From positions 22,775,206 to 22,839,205 of the forward strand of contig NC_057720.1 in the NCBI RefSeq assembly GCF_004010195.1: a stretch of 64,000 nucleotides of DNA, given 5' to 3'. This document shows positions 38,001-50,705 of the stretch, piece after piece (positions within the stretch are counted from its first letter, which is position 1; each line of letters starts with the position of its first letter). Below the pieces are notes generated by a model. It was not told the origin of the DNA. It was given only the letters and a program-made list of their open reading frames with translations, and made no database searches. This DNA comes from Chiloscyllium plagiosum (Eukaryota). Position numbers and translations under genes: made by a program.

Positions 38001-38420
38001 TCGAGTTCCTTGCACACATCACCTCCCCGAGCAGCACCAGATACTTGGAGCAAATTCGCCCCCAGTTCCTGACTTCTCGTCAGGAGGGCGTTAGCTTCAA
38101 GAAAGCAACAGGACACATCAGATCTGATATTATTCAGTCAGATGGAAACATCTGCCTGATTGTCACCGATTCGTAGTTGCATGAATCAAAGTGAACACTT
38201 TACTGTTACAAACACTGCACGCAAGATGAAACAACAAAAAAGTACGAGATGGCGAGCGATTCCTGATTTAGGGGAGCACTGTTACCTCAATATCTGGGAG
38301 ATCAACGCTCAGCATTCGAGACATTGCGATGATCCGGGATTTAAAACTTGCAGAAAAGTTCCTCTTCGCCAAAACAAGAGCTCCTGATCCCGTTAACGGT
38401 CACTGGGCCCTAACTAACAC
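38000..38420. promoter_or_regulatory. Small CpG-retaining island, candidate promoter / first-exon region
   Basis: About a dozen CpGs counted by eye in 38160-38400 in an otherwise CpG-depleted window. Non-repetitive. Confidence 0.45.
38286..38324 (-). CDS. Candidate first coding exon (MSRMLSVDLPDIE), gene unknown
   Basis: GCA-ATG (purine at -3), 13 codons, donor GAG|GTAACA, phase 0, inside the CpG-rich patch. Confidence 0.4.
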
Positions 38421-38448
38421 ATTTTTAATCCAGTGATACTATGACGAA

Positions 38449-41400
38449 CTGCCCTGGTCTAAAGTACATTCACATTAAACAGGTTTTAGTGTGGAACGAA
38501 AAGATTAACTTTAAGTTAGTCCGGGTTCAGTTCCTGGAGGCAGTCGGAGAGTGAACAGCGGACGGATATGTCAGGATAGGGTATAAACTATTTAACCTTC
38601 AGGCTGGGTGTTGTTCAGTCCCTGGAGGCAGTCTGAAACGTCACGAGGGAGCAGGGGATTCTGTTCAGATATCTGTGTGTACAGTTTAAATTACCAGTGT
38701 TTTCTTTCGTGTTTCATTTGCCAGCGGTCCATTTGGGAATTTAGGATAGTGGGAATGAAGGTTAGGGCAGTTTACTGTTCCTCCTGCAGAATGTGGGAGA
38801 TAAGGGTCACCTTGTAGTCCCTGCTGACTTCATTTGTGGGAATTGCACCCAAGTCCAGATCCTCCAGAACAGTTAGGGAACTGGAGCTGGATGAACTTCG
38901 GATCAATTGGGAGGCAGAGGGGGTTATTGAAAGGAGTTACAGGGAAGTAGTTACTCCACAGCCACATGAAGAAGGTAGATGGGTTATTGTCAGGGGTAGG
39001 AAAGGGAACCGGCAGGCAGTGCTGGGATCTCCTGTGGTGGTTCGTCTCAACAACAGCTATACCATTTTGGATACTGTTGGAGAAACGACTTACCTGGGTA
39101 AGCCATGGGGCACAGGTCTCTGATGCAGAGTCTGTCCCTTTTGCTCAGAAGGGAACGGGGAAGCGGAGCAGAGCTTTAGTCACTGGGGACTTCATAGTTA
39201 GTGGGACAGATAGGAGGTTCCGCGGGAACAAGAGAGACTCGCGATTGGTGTGTTGCCTCCTGGATGCCAGGATTCATGATGTTTTTTATCGTATTTTTGG
39301 AAACCTTGAGGGAGAGGGGGAGCAGCCCCAAGTTGTGGTCCACATAGGCACCAACAACATAGATTCCCACCTTTCTTCCTAACTAAGGCAGAAATTCAGG
39401 AAGCTAGGGTGAAAGTTTAGTGCTAGAACAACAGAGTTGTTATCCCTGGTTTGTTGCTCGTGCTATGTGTGAGGGAAGCAAGGAAAAGGGAGAGTGCAGA
39501 GCTGAACATATGGCTGCAGGGATGGTACAGGTGGGAGGTTTTGGATTCTTGGATAATTAGAGCTCTTTCTGGGGAAGGTGAGACCTCTACATTGGAGTTC
39601 CAGTGTACAGGAGGTTGAGGGTAGTGAGGTCAGGGCTAGGTTTACAAGGTCAATAGAGGGCACTGGCAATCAGGATGTTTATTTGAAATGTGTGTACTTC
39701 AATGCCAGGAGCATTCGGAATAAGGTGGATGAACTTGCAGCATGGGTTAGTCCCTGGGATTTTAATGTTGTGGCTGTTTCAGAGACATGGCTGGAGGATG
39801 GACAGGAGTGTTTGTTGCAGATTCCAGGATTTAGATATCTCAGTAAGAACAGAGAAGATGGTGAGGGGGAGGGTGGGCTGGTATTTTTAATCAAGGGTAG
39901 TATTACAGCAGCTGAGATAACATTTGGTGACTCATCCACTGAGGTAATTTGGGCTGAGGTCAGAAGCAGGAAAGAAGAGGCCACCCTTTCAATAGTTTTG
40001 TGTAGGCCTCAGAAAGGATAGCAAAGATGATTCTCGATAGGAGCGAGAGTAACAGGGTAGTTATTATGCGGGACTTTAACTTCCCCAATATTGACTGGGA
40101 ATACTATAGTTCAAGTAGTTTAGATGGATCAGTTTTTATTAAATGTGTCCAGGAAGGTTTTCTGACACAGTCTGTAGACAGGACAACAAGGGGTGATGCC
40201 ATATTGGATTTAGTACTGGGGAATGAACCAGGCCAGGTGTTAGATTTGGAGGTAGACGAGCACTTTGGCGATAGTGACCACAATTCGGTTATGTTTACAA
40301 TAGCAATGGGCAGGGATAGGTAGGCAGGGATAGGTATATACTGCAGGGAAAGAGGTATAACTGGGGGAAAGGCAATTATGATGTGATGAGGCAAGATTTA
40401 AAATGTATAGGATGGGGAAGGAAACTGCAGGGGATGGACACAGTTAAAATGTGGAGCTTATTCAAAGAACAGCTTCTGCGGGTCCTTGATAAGTATATAC
40501 CTATCACACAAGGAGGTGGTTGTTTAGAGAGGGAGCCATGGTTTACGAAAGAAGTTGAAGCTCTTGTCAAGAGGAAGAAGGAGGCTATTGTGAGGATGAG
40601 GTGTGACGGCTCAGATAGGGGGCTTGAGAATTATAAGTTAGCCAGAAAAGATCTAAAGAGAGGGTTAAGAAGAGGCAGGAGGGGACATGAGAACTTGTTG
40701 GCGAATGGGATCATAGAAAATCCTAAGGCCTTCTATAGGGATATCAGGAATAAAAGGATGACTTGATTAAGATTAGGACCAATCAAAGATAGTAGTCGGA
40801 AGTTGTGTGTGGAATCTGAGGACATGGGGATGCGCTTAATGAATACTTTGTCAGTATTCACATTGCCCTTTTCCAATGTTAGTGAGAATACGGAGATACA
40901 GCTTTTAGATTAGATGGGATTGCAGTTGACATTGAGGAGGTTTTAGCAACTTTGGAAGATCTGGGAGTGCAGGTCCGTTGTACCCTGAAGGTTGCTGCAT
41001 AGGTGGATAGAGTGGTCAAGATGGCATATGGTATGCTTGCCTTCATCGGACGGGGTATTGAGTATAAGAGCTGGCAGGTCATGTTAAAATTGTACAAGAC
41101 TTTGTTTGGCTACATTTAGAATACTGTGTACAGTTCTGGTCGCCACATTACCAAAAGGATGTGGAAGCTTTGGAGAGGATGCAGATAAGGTTTACGAGGA
41201 TGTTGCCTGGTATGGAAGGTGCTAGCTATGAAGAGAGGTTGAGTAGGTTAGGTTTGTTTTCATTAGAAAAAAGGAGATTGAGGGGGGATCTGATTGAGGG
41301 TTACAAAATCATGAAGGGTATAGACAGGGTTGATTGAGGGTTACAAAATCATGAAGGGTATAGACAGGGTGGATAGAGATAAGCTTTTTCCCAGGATGAG

Positions 41401-43232
41401 AGATTCAATAACGAGAGGTCACACTTTCAAGGTGAGAGGTGAAAAGTTTAAGGGGGATACATGCAGCAAGTACTTTACCACAGAGGGTGGTGGGTGTCTG
41501 GAATACATTGCCAGCAGAGGTGGTAGAGGCAGGCACAGTAGATTAATGTGTCTGGACAGATGCATGAGTAGGTGGGGAGCAGAGGGATATAGATGCTTAG
41601 GAATTGGGCAACAGGTTTAGACAGTAGATTTGGATCTGCTCAGGCTTGGAGGGCTGAAGGGCCTGTTGCTGGTCTGTAAATTTTCTTTGATCTTTGTTCT
41701 TATCTGAAAATAGATAGGACCCCTGGGCCAGATGGGATTTATCCTTGGATTTTCCAGGAAGACAGCGAGGAGGTTGCAGAGATTTGATCAGGAGTAGTTC
41801 CAGAAGACTGGAGGATAGCAAATGTTGTTCCCTTGTTCAAGAAGGGGAGTAGAGACAACCCTGGTAATTATAGGCCTGTGAGCCTTCCTTCGGTTGTGGG
41901 TAAGGTGTTAGAAAAGGTTATAAGAGATAGGATTTATAATCACCTGGAAAGGAATAATTTGATGCGAGATCGTCAACACGGTTTTGTGAAGGCAAGTCGT
42001 GCCTAATTAACCTTATTGAGTTCATTGAGAAGGTGACAAAACAGGTGGATGAATGTAAAGTGGTTGATGTGGTGTATATGGACTTCAGTAAGGTGTTTGA
42101 TAAGGTTCCACACGGTAGGCTATTGCACAAAATACAGAGTTTTGGGATTGAAGGTGATTTAGCGAATTGGATCAGAAATTGGCTAGCTGAAAGAAGACAG
42201 AGGGTGGTGGTTGATGGGAAATGTTCATCCCGGAGCTCAGTTACCAGTGGTGTAGCACAAGGATCTGTTTTGGGGCCACTGCTGTTTGTCATTTTTGTAA
42301 ATGACCTTGATGTGGGTGTAGAAGGATGGGTTAGTATATTTGCAGATGACACTAAGGAAGGCAGAGTTGTGGATTTTGCCGAAGGATGTTGTGGGTTACA
42401 GAGGGACATAGATAAGATGCAGAGCTGGGTGAAGAAGTTGCAAATGGAGTTCAATGTGCAAAAGGTGTGAGGTTGTTTACTTTGGAAGAAATAACAGGAA
42501 AGCAGAGTACTGGGCTAATGGTAAAATTCTTGGCAGTGAAGATGAACAGAGATCTCGGTGTCCAGGTGCATAAATCCCTGAAAGTTGCCACCCAGGATGA
42601 TAGGGTTGTTAAGAAGGCATATGGTGTGTTGATGTTTATTGGTAGGGGGATTGAGTTTCAGAGTCACGAGATCATGCTTCAGCTGTACAAGACACTGGTA
42701 TGGCCACACCTGGAGTATTGTGTGCAGTTTTGGTCATCGCATTAAAGGAAGAATGTGCAAGCTTTGGAAAGGGTTCAGAGAAGATTTACTAGGATGTTGC
42801 CTGGTATGAAAGGAAGGTCTTACAAGAAAAGGCTGAGGGAACTGAGACTGTTTTCATTGGAGAGAAGAAGATTGAGAGGTGACTTAAATGAGACGTATAA
42901 GATAATCAGAGGATTAGATAGGGTGGCAGTGAGAGCCTTTTTCCTGAGATGGTGAAGGCTAACACGATGGGACATACCTTTGAATTGAGGGGCGATAGAT
43001 TTAGGACAGATATCAGGGGTTGTTTCTTTACTCAGAGTAGTAGAGGCGTGGAACACATTGCCTGCAACAATAGTAGACTCACCGACGTTAAGGGCATTTA
43101 AATGGGCATTGGACGTACATATGGATAACAGTGGAACAGTGTAGATTAGATGGGCATCATATTAATTTCACAGGTTGGCATAACATCGAGAGCCAAAGGG
43201 TCTATACTGTGCTGTAATGTTCCAAGTTCGAA
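38449..43232 (+). mobile_element. Probably full-length CR1 LINE, inactive
   Basis: 5' UTR with repeated GTTCAGTyCCTGGAGGCAGTC, ORF1 (CSSCRMWE; VHIGTNNI), APE (CVYFNARSIRNK...SETWL), RT (QGSVLGP...FADD in ORF 42033-42470). Possible TSD TATGACrAA at 38440-38448 and 43233-43241. Confidence 0.93.
40958..41704 (+). mobile_element. Nested 5'-truncated CR1 of a different subfamily
   Basis: ORF2 C-terminus and a distinct TTCTTTG-type tail interrupt the host ORF2, which resumes at about 41705. Confidence 0.85.
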
Positions 43233-43494
43233 TATGACAAATGTTTGTTTTATTTTAAAGAAAACAAATAACAAACCAGATAGATAGCAACATGATTTTA
43301 TTTGAATATTTATAACAGTTTTACCATCGAGATATCACGTACGAGCAGTTAGCACAAATAACAGCATTAAGCTTAACACGGTCATTTTCACTGAATGTGT
43401 TTATTTAGATTGACCTAAATTGCAGTGTGCATTGAAGATACAGATATCATCATGCACATCAGCATATTTATGGATTCAGAATTTAGTATTCCTT

Positions 43495-46400
43495 GAACTC
43501 ATGGCTACAGGGATGGTGCAGGAGGGCGGGTTTTGGATTCCTGGATAATTGGAGCTCTTTCTGGGATAGGTAGGACCTCTGCAAACAGGATGGTCTTCAC
43601 CTGGACCAGAGGGGTATTAATATCCTGGGAGGGAAATTTGCTAATGCTCTTCAGGTGGGTTTAGATTAATTCAGAAGGGGGATGGAAACCAAAATTGCAG
43701 CTCGAGTATACGGGATGATGAGAGTAGTGAAGTCAGAACTAAGATTTCAAGATCGCAAGAAGGCACCGGCAGGCAAGAAGTTGGTTTGAAGTGGTTGAAT
43801 TTGCAGTATGGGTTGGTATCTGGGATTTTGATATTTCAGAGACATGGGTAGAGCAAGGACAGGAATGGTTATTGCAAGTTCCGGGATTTAGATGTTTCAG
43901 TAAGAACAGAGAAAATGGTAAAAGGGAGGGATGTGGCAGTGATAGTCAAGGACAGGATTAACGGTTACAGAAAGGATGTGTGAGGACTCCTCTACTGAAG
44001 TAGTATGAACTGATATTAGAACAGGAAAGGAGAGGTTGCAGTGTTGGGAGTTCCCTATAGGCCTCCAAGTAGTTCCAGATATGTAGAGGATAGGATAGCA
44101 AAGATGATTCTCGAGAAGAGTGAGAGTGATGGGTAGTTATTATGGGGGTCCTTAACTTTCCAAATATCGATTGGGAATACGAAAGTTCAAGTACTTTAGA
44201 TAGGTCAGTTTTTGTGCAATCTGTGCAGGAGGATTTCCTGACACAGTATGTGGACAGGCCAACAAGTGGCGGGGAGTGGCCACTTTGGATTTGGTACTGG
44301 GGAATGACCCTGGCCAGCTGTTAGAGTGAGGTAGGTGAGCACTTTGGTGCTAATGACCACAATTCAGTTAGGTTTACTTTAGGGGATAGGTATATACTGC
44401 AGGGCAAGAATAATAGCTGGGGGTAAGGCAATTACAATGCAATTAGGCAAGATTTAGGATGCATAGGGTGGGGAAGGAAAATGCAGGGGATGGGCACAGT
44501 TGAAATGTGGAACTTATTAAAGGACCAGCTACTGTGGGTCCTTGATAAGTAGGTACCAGTCAGGCAACGAAGAAGTTCTCGGGCACGGGAGCCATGGTTT
44601 ACTAAGGAAGTTGAATCTTTTCTCAAGAGAAAGAAGAAGGCTTATGTTAAAATGAGATGTGATGGCTCAGTTAGGGCACTTGAGAGTTGCTAGTTAGCCA
44701 GGAAAGAATTAAAGATAGAGCAAAGAAGAGCCAGGAGGGGACATGAGAAGTCATTGGCAGATAGGATCAAGGAAAACCCTAAGGCTTTCTCTAGCAATAT
44801 CAGGAATAAAATAATGACTTAGAGTAAAAATGCAGCTAATCAAGCATAGTAGTGGGAAGTTGTGCGTGGAGTCAGAGGAGATAGTGGAAGCGCTAAATGA
44901 ATTCTTTTTGTTAGTATTCACACTAGAAAAAGACAATGTGGTCAAGGAGAATACTGAAATACGGGCTACTAGACTAGATGGGATTAAGGTGCATAAGGAG
45001 GAGGTACTAGCAATTATGGAAAGTGTAAAAATAGATAAATCCCCTGGGCCAGATGGGATTTATCCTAGGATTCTCTGGGAAGCCAGGGAGGAGATTGCTG
45101 AGCCTTTGGCTTTGATCTTTATGTAGTCATTGTCTACAGGAATTGTGCCAGAAGACTGGAGGGTAGCAAATATTGTTCCCTTGTTCAAGATGGAGAGTAG
45201 AGACAACCATGGTAGTTATATACCTGTGAGCCTTACTTTGATTGTGGGTAAAGTGTTGGAAAAGGTTATAAGATATAGGATTTATAATAATCTTGATAGG
45301 AATAAGTTAGTTTAGAGATAGTCAACACAGTTTTGTGAAGAGTAGGTCTTGCCTCACAAACCTTATTGAGTTCTTTTGAGAAAGTGACCAAACAAGTGGA
45401 TGACGGAACAGTGGTTGATGTGCTATATAAGGATTTCAATAAGGCATTTGATAAGGTTCCCCACAGTAGCTATTGCAGGACAGGCCCTTCAGCCTCGATA
45501 TTGCACCAACCTATGGAACCAATCTGAAGCCCATCCAACCTACACTATTCAATTTTTGTCCATATGTCTATCCAATGACCATTTAAATGCCCTTAAAGTT
45601 GGCGAGTCTACTAAAGTTGCAGGCGGTGCGTTCCATGCCCCTACTACTGAGCTATTGCACAAATGGGGGCATGGGATTGAAGGTGATTTAGCGGTTTGGA
45701 TCAGAAATTGGCTAGCTGAAAGAAGACAGAGGGTGGTGGTTGATGGGAAATATTCATCCTGGAATTCAGTTACTAGTGGGGTACCACAAGGATTTGTTTT
45801 GGTCCACAATTGTTTGTCATTTATATAAATGACCTGGATAAGGGCATTGAAGGAGGGGTTAGTAAATTTGCGGATGACACTAGGGTCAGTAGAGTTGTCG
45901 ATAGTGACGGAGAATGTTGTAGGTTACAGAGAGACATAGATAAGCTGCAGAGCTGGGCTGAGAAATGGCAAATGGGGTTTAATGTGGAAAAGTGTGAGGT
46001 GATTCAGTTTTGATGGAGTAACAGGAATGCAGAGTAATGGACTAATGGTAAGATTCTTGGTAGTGTTGATGAGCAAGAGACCTCTGTGTACAGGTATATA
46101 GATCTTTGAAAGTTGCCACCCAGGTTGATAAGGTTGTGAACTGAATTGAATTGAATTTATTGTCACGTATGCCGAGGCACAGTGAAAAGCTTTGTCTTGC
46201 AAGCAGTACAGGCAGATCACAGAGTTAACTAGCATAGATAAGTAAATAATTGGGAAACAGCAGCAAAACAAAAACACAGGTACAGGTGAAGAAGGCATAT
46301 GATGTGTTACTTTTATTGGTCAAGGGACTGAGTTTCGGAATCATGAGATCAAGCTGCGGCGACCAAAACTGCACACAATATTCCAGATGCGGCCGTACCA

Positions 46401-47012
46401 GAGTCTTATACAACGCATATGATGCGTTACTTTTATTGGTCAAGGGACTGAGTTTCGGAATCATGAGATCAAGCTGCAGCTGTACAAAACTTTAGTGCGG
46501 TCACATTTGGATTATTGTATACAGTTCTGCTCACCACTTTATAGGAAGAATGTGGAAGCTTTGGAAAATTTTCAGAGGAGATTTACTAGGATGTTGCCTG
46601 GTATGGAGGCAAGGTTTTATGACGAACGGCTGAGGGACTTGAGGCTGTTTTCATTAGAGAGAAGAAGGTTGAGAGGTGACTTAATTGAGACATATAAGAT
46701 AATCAGAGGGTTAGATAGGGTGGACAGTGAAAGCGTTTTTCCTCAGATGGCGATGGCTAGCATGACGGGACATAGCTTTAAATTGTGGGGTGATAGATAT
46801 AGGACAGATGTCAGAAGTAGGTTCTTTACTCAGTAGTAGGGGCACCGCCTGCAACTTTAGTAGACTCGCCAACTTTAAGGGCATTTAAATGGTCATTGGA
46901 TAGACATATGGACAAAAATGGAATAGTGTAGATTAGATGGACTTCAGATTGGTTCCATAGGTCAGTGCAATATCGAGGCTGAAGGGCCTGGCCTGCGCTG
47001 GAATGTTCTATG
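43495..47012 (+). mobile_element. Long CR1 (end of ORF1 to 3' tail), inactive, with three internal insertions
   Basis: ORFs 44830-45126 (KSPGPDGIYPRIL), 45810-46013 (SKFADD) and 46495-46836, with an ATGTTCTATG tail. Confidence 0.95.
46141..46285 (-). mobile_element. 3' end of a Rex1/Babar-like LINE
   Basis: Minus-strand tail GTGACAATAAATTCAATTCAATTC as at 61578-61607, flanked by a GTGAA direct repeat. Confidence 0.7.
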
Positions 47013-48887
47013 TCCTTAAGACAATCCCAACATATCCGATAACTAGATCTACTGTTATGCCAAAAGTCCCTGGCAATGTTGTCTTTATTTGTTGCTCCTA
47101 TTCTTTAATTAGCTAACATACAATTAGTTTCCTCATTTTTGTGTGAATATATTCTTGGATTTTGTGATTTGTCTCCTTTTTTCCTTCTGTGTTTATCTAA
47201 AGAAATATACCAGCAAATAGGAACATCGGAATAAAAGTAGACCATCCAGCCCTTCAAACCTGTTCCACCATTCAATGCGATCATAGCTTAACTCTCTGCC
47301 TGCCTTTTGCCAATATTTCTTTAATACCTTTGCTTAACCAAAATTCATCTCGGATTTAAAAATTAACAACTGAACCAGGAGCCACTACTGATGGTGAAAG
47401 AGAGTTTCAAACATTTACCTCTCTTAGTGTGTAAAAGTGCTTTCTAACAGAACAGAACGATCTGGCATGATGTCTCAGCCTATGGCCCCTGTTTCTGGTG
47501 GAAAGAGATTATCTTTACCTATCCTGTCTTTTGCTGTTTAAGTTTTGAAAACTTTGATCATATCATCCCTTAACCATCTAAATTCTAGATAAAACAGACC
47601 TAATTTGTGTAGAAACAGAAATTGCTGGAGAAACATTGCAGGTCTGGCCGTATCTGTGGGGAGAAAATAGTTCAGATTTAGAGTTCTGTGACAGAACGCA
47701 TTCATTCTGATGAAGCAAGATGTCTTGAAATCTGGAGAAGAATGGTCCATTCGGTGTGTTTGATATGGGCAAAACAGTCATCATGTTCTCTCCAAATGAC
47801 CATCTGTGCATGAAATCCAATGGAGACAGGCTTTAACCCTGCTGTAAACAGCTTCAAACCAAGCTTCAGGAGCAGAATCCTCACTTCTTCTGCTGGAAAA
47901 TGTGAATCCCACAGACATAACATTCAGTAAATTTAGCCATTCCATTCTCCATTTATTTTTTGAGCGTGTTTTGGATGTCTTGCTGTATAAAAGTAGTGGG
48001 ATCAACTGATAATCTAAAGCTAGGTTCCTTATCAGAACACAGAAGGTATGTGCTCTGGGATGTTGGCACTTCTTTTTTCCTCTTCTGCACTTCCAGAATG
48101 TTCTGTCTTCATTTCAAGTCTCAAGCTTTCCTGTTCACTTTTTAAAAATATACAATTGAGGTTTTTTTCCTTAAAAGCACATCAGGGGAATGATCTTTTA
48201 AGTTCCTGTAATCAGGAGTTTCCAAGTCAACCTCACAAGTGTTGTAATTTGTTAGCCCATTTCCTTCTCTGAACTTCGTTTTCACTACAAAAGTGAAGTT
48301 TACTTCCTTTCATGTTTGAGGGATACAGGCTTTTAAATTGTCTTTCTCTGCTGAGTTAATGAATCTGAATTCAGATCTCCAGTAAAAGTAATGCTGCAGT
48401 TTTACAAAACCCTGGTCAGACACCATATGAAGTACAGTGAGCAGAGCTGGGCACTATACGGTAGGAAGGACTCATTGTACTCCCCAAGACCAAATATGTT
48501 TACAAAATTGATACCTGGACTTCAAAGCTTAACTTATGAGGAAATATTATGGAAATTCAGATAAAATAAAACAAAAACTATGGATGCTGGAGATCTAAAC
48601 CAAAAAAAATTGATAAGGAGGTGTAACATCCAAAATTGGCAGGAAGAGAACCTAAACAGTTTCCTCAGGTGGTCAACTTAAGTTTCCATTTTAGTCAGTT
48701 CTTTGAAAATAATGAAAACATACCAGCGCATAGGCAACAACTATTAATCACTTCAGTATGCATTAAGGTGTACCTCCCACGGCCCCAGGATTCTGACGAT
48801 CACATTTGGAATTCAGCAAATGACAGAAACTTGTTCAAAAAATTGTTCAATATACTCATAGGTTCACAGCTATGGCAAGTAATTTGT

Positions 48888-49205
48888 GGGCGGCACGGTG
48901 GCACAGTGGTTAGCATTGCTGCCTCACAGCGCCAGAGACCCGGGTTCAATTCCCGCCTCAGGCGGCTGTCTGTGTGGAGATTGCACTTTCTCCCCATGTC
49001 TGCGTGGGTTTCCTCCAGTTGCTCTGGTTTCCTCCCACAACACAAAGATGTGAGGGTCAGGTGAATTGGTCATGCTAAATTGCCCGTAGTGTTAGGTAAG
49101 GGGAAAATGTAGGGGCATGGGTGGGTTGCGCTTCGGCGGGGCGGTGTGGACCTGTTGGGCCGAAGGGCCTGTTTCCACACTGTAAGTAATCTAATCTAAT
49201 CTAAT
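48888..49205 (+). mobile_element. HE1-like V-SINE, relatively young (CpG-rich)
   Basis: Full head, V-core and (TAATC)n tail. Confidence 0.95.
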
Positions 49206-49224
49206 TCATGTTCCTTTTTAAAAA

Positions 49225-50705
49225 TCAGCCATGGGTGTCACTGGATGTGTCAGTGTTCATTGGATGTCCTTAGTCTCCTTTAAGAAAGTGGTGGTCGTGA
49301 GCTATAGTCCATGTGTTGTAGGTAGACCCAAAATTTCCTTAGAGGAGAGAATTCCAGGATTTTGACCTAGCAACTGAAGGAAAAATGATATTTCCAAGTT
49401 ACGATGGTGAGTAGCTTGAAGGGAAATGTGCAGATGGTGGCGTTCCCATGCCCTTGTACTTCTAGATGGTAGCAGTCATGGGTTAGGAATGTGGTCTCCA
49501 AGGATCTTTGAATTTCTTCAGTGCAACCAGTAGATACTACTGCTGAGGGTTGGTGGTAGATTCATTTTAGATTAGATTACCTACAGTGTGGAAACATGCC
49601 CTTTGGCCCAACAAGTCCACACTGACCCTGCAAAGAGCAACCCACCCAGACCCATTCCCCTACATTCACCCCGGACTAATGCACCTAACACTACGGGCAA
49701 TTTAACACGGCCAATTCACCAGAATGGCACATCTTTGCACTGTGGGAGGAAACCAGAGCACCCGGAGGAAACCCACACAGACACGGGGAGAATGTGCAAA
49801 CTCCACACAGACAGTTGCCCGAGGCGGGAATTGAACCCAGGTCCCTGGCGCTGTGAGGCAGCAGTGCTAACCACTGCGCCACTGTGTCGCCCATAAATTC
49901 ATATTTGTGGATATGGTGACAATCAAGTGGGCTGCTTTATCTTAGGTGATATCAAGCTTCTTCAGTAGTGTGGGAGCTGCAGTAATCCAGGAAAGTGGGG
50001 AAGATTCCATTAAATTCCTGACTGATGCCTTATGGCTGGTGGACAGGTTTTGGTGGGTCAGGAGATGAGTTACTTGCTGCAGTATTCCTCGCCTCTAACC
50101 TGCATTGTTGAATTTTTATGTCCAGTCCAGTTTAGTTTCTGATCAATGGTGACCCCCAGAATGTCAATATTGGAAGATTCAGTGATAGCAACACAACTGA
50201 ATGTCAAGGTGTGGTGAATAGATAGTCTATTATTAGAGATGGTCATTGGCTGGCATCTGTGTGGCATGAATGATACTTGTCATTTTCCTGACAAGACTTT
50301 GATAATGTCCATTTCTTGCTGCAGTTGGACATGAACTGCTACAGTATCTGAGGAGTCACAATGGTGCTGAACATTGCACAGTCATTGGCGAACATCTCGA
50401 CTTCTGACCTTATGACAGAGAGAGGTAATTGATGAAGCAGTTTAAGATGGTTGGGACGAGGGCAGCTACCTGGAGAAATACCAGTAGAGTTATCAGGGAG
50501 CGGAGGTGACTCACCAACAACAAGAATTATCATCCTATGTGTCAGACAAGACTCCAACCAGCAGTGAAATTTTCCTAATTCTCATTGACTCCAGTTTTCC
50601 TAAGGGTCCCCTCATGCCACACTCAGTCAAATACAGCCTTGATGTCAAGGGCTGTCATTTTCACCTCACCCTCTGGTATTCCATTGCTTTGTCCATGTCT
50701 GAACA
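49225..50705 (-). mobile_element. Old L2/CR1-clade LINE 3' portion
   Basis: SEVEMFANDC (ORF 50339-50557) and IDILGVTIDQKLNW (ORF 50070-50267). Confidence 0.8.
49567..49892 (-). mobile_element. HE1-like V-SINE
   Basis: Reverse complement of the 22637-22945 type. Confidence 0.93.
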
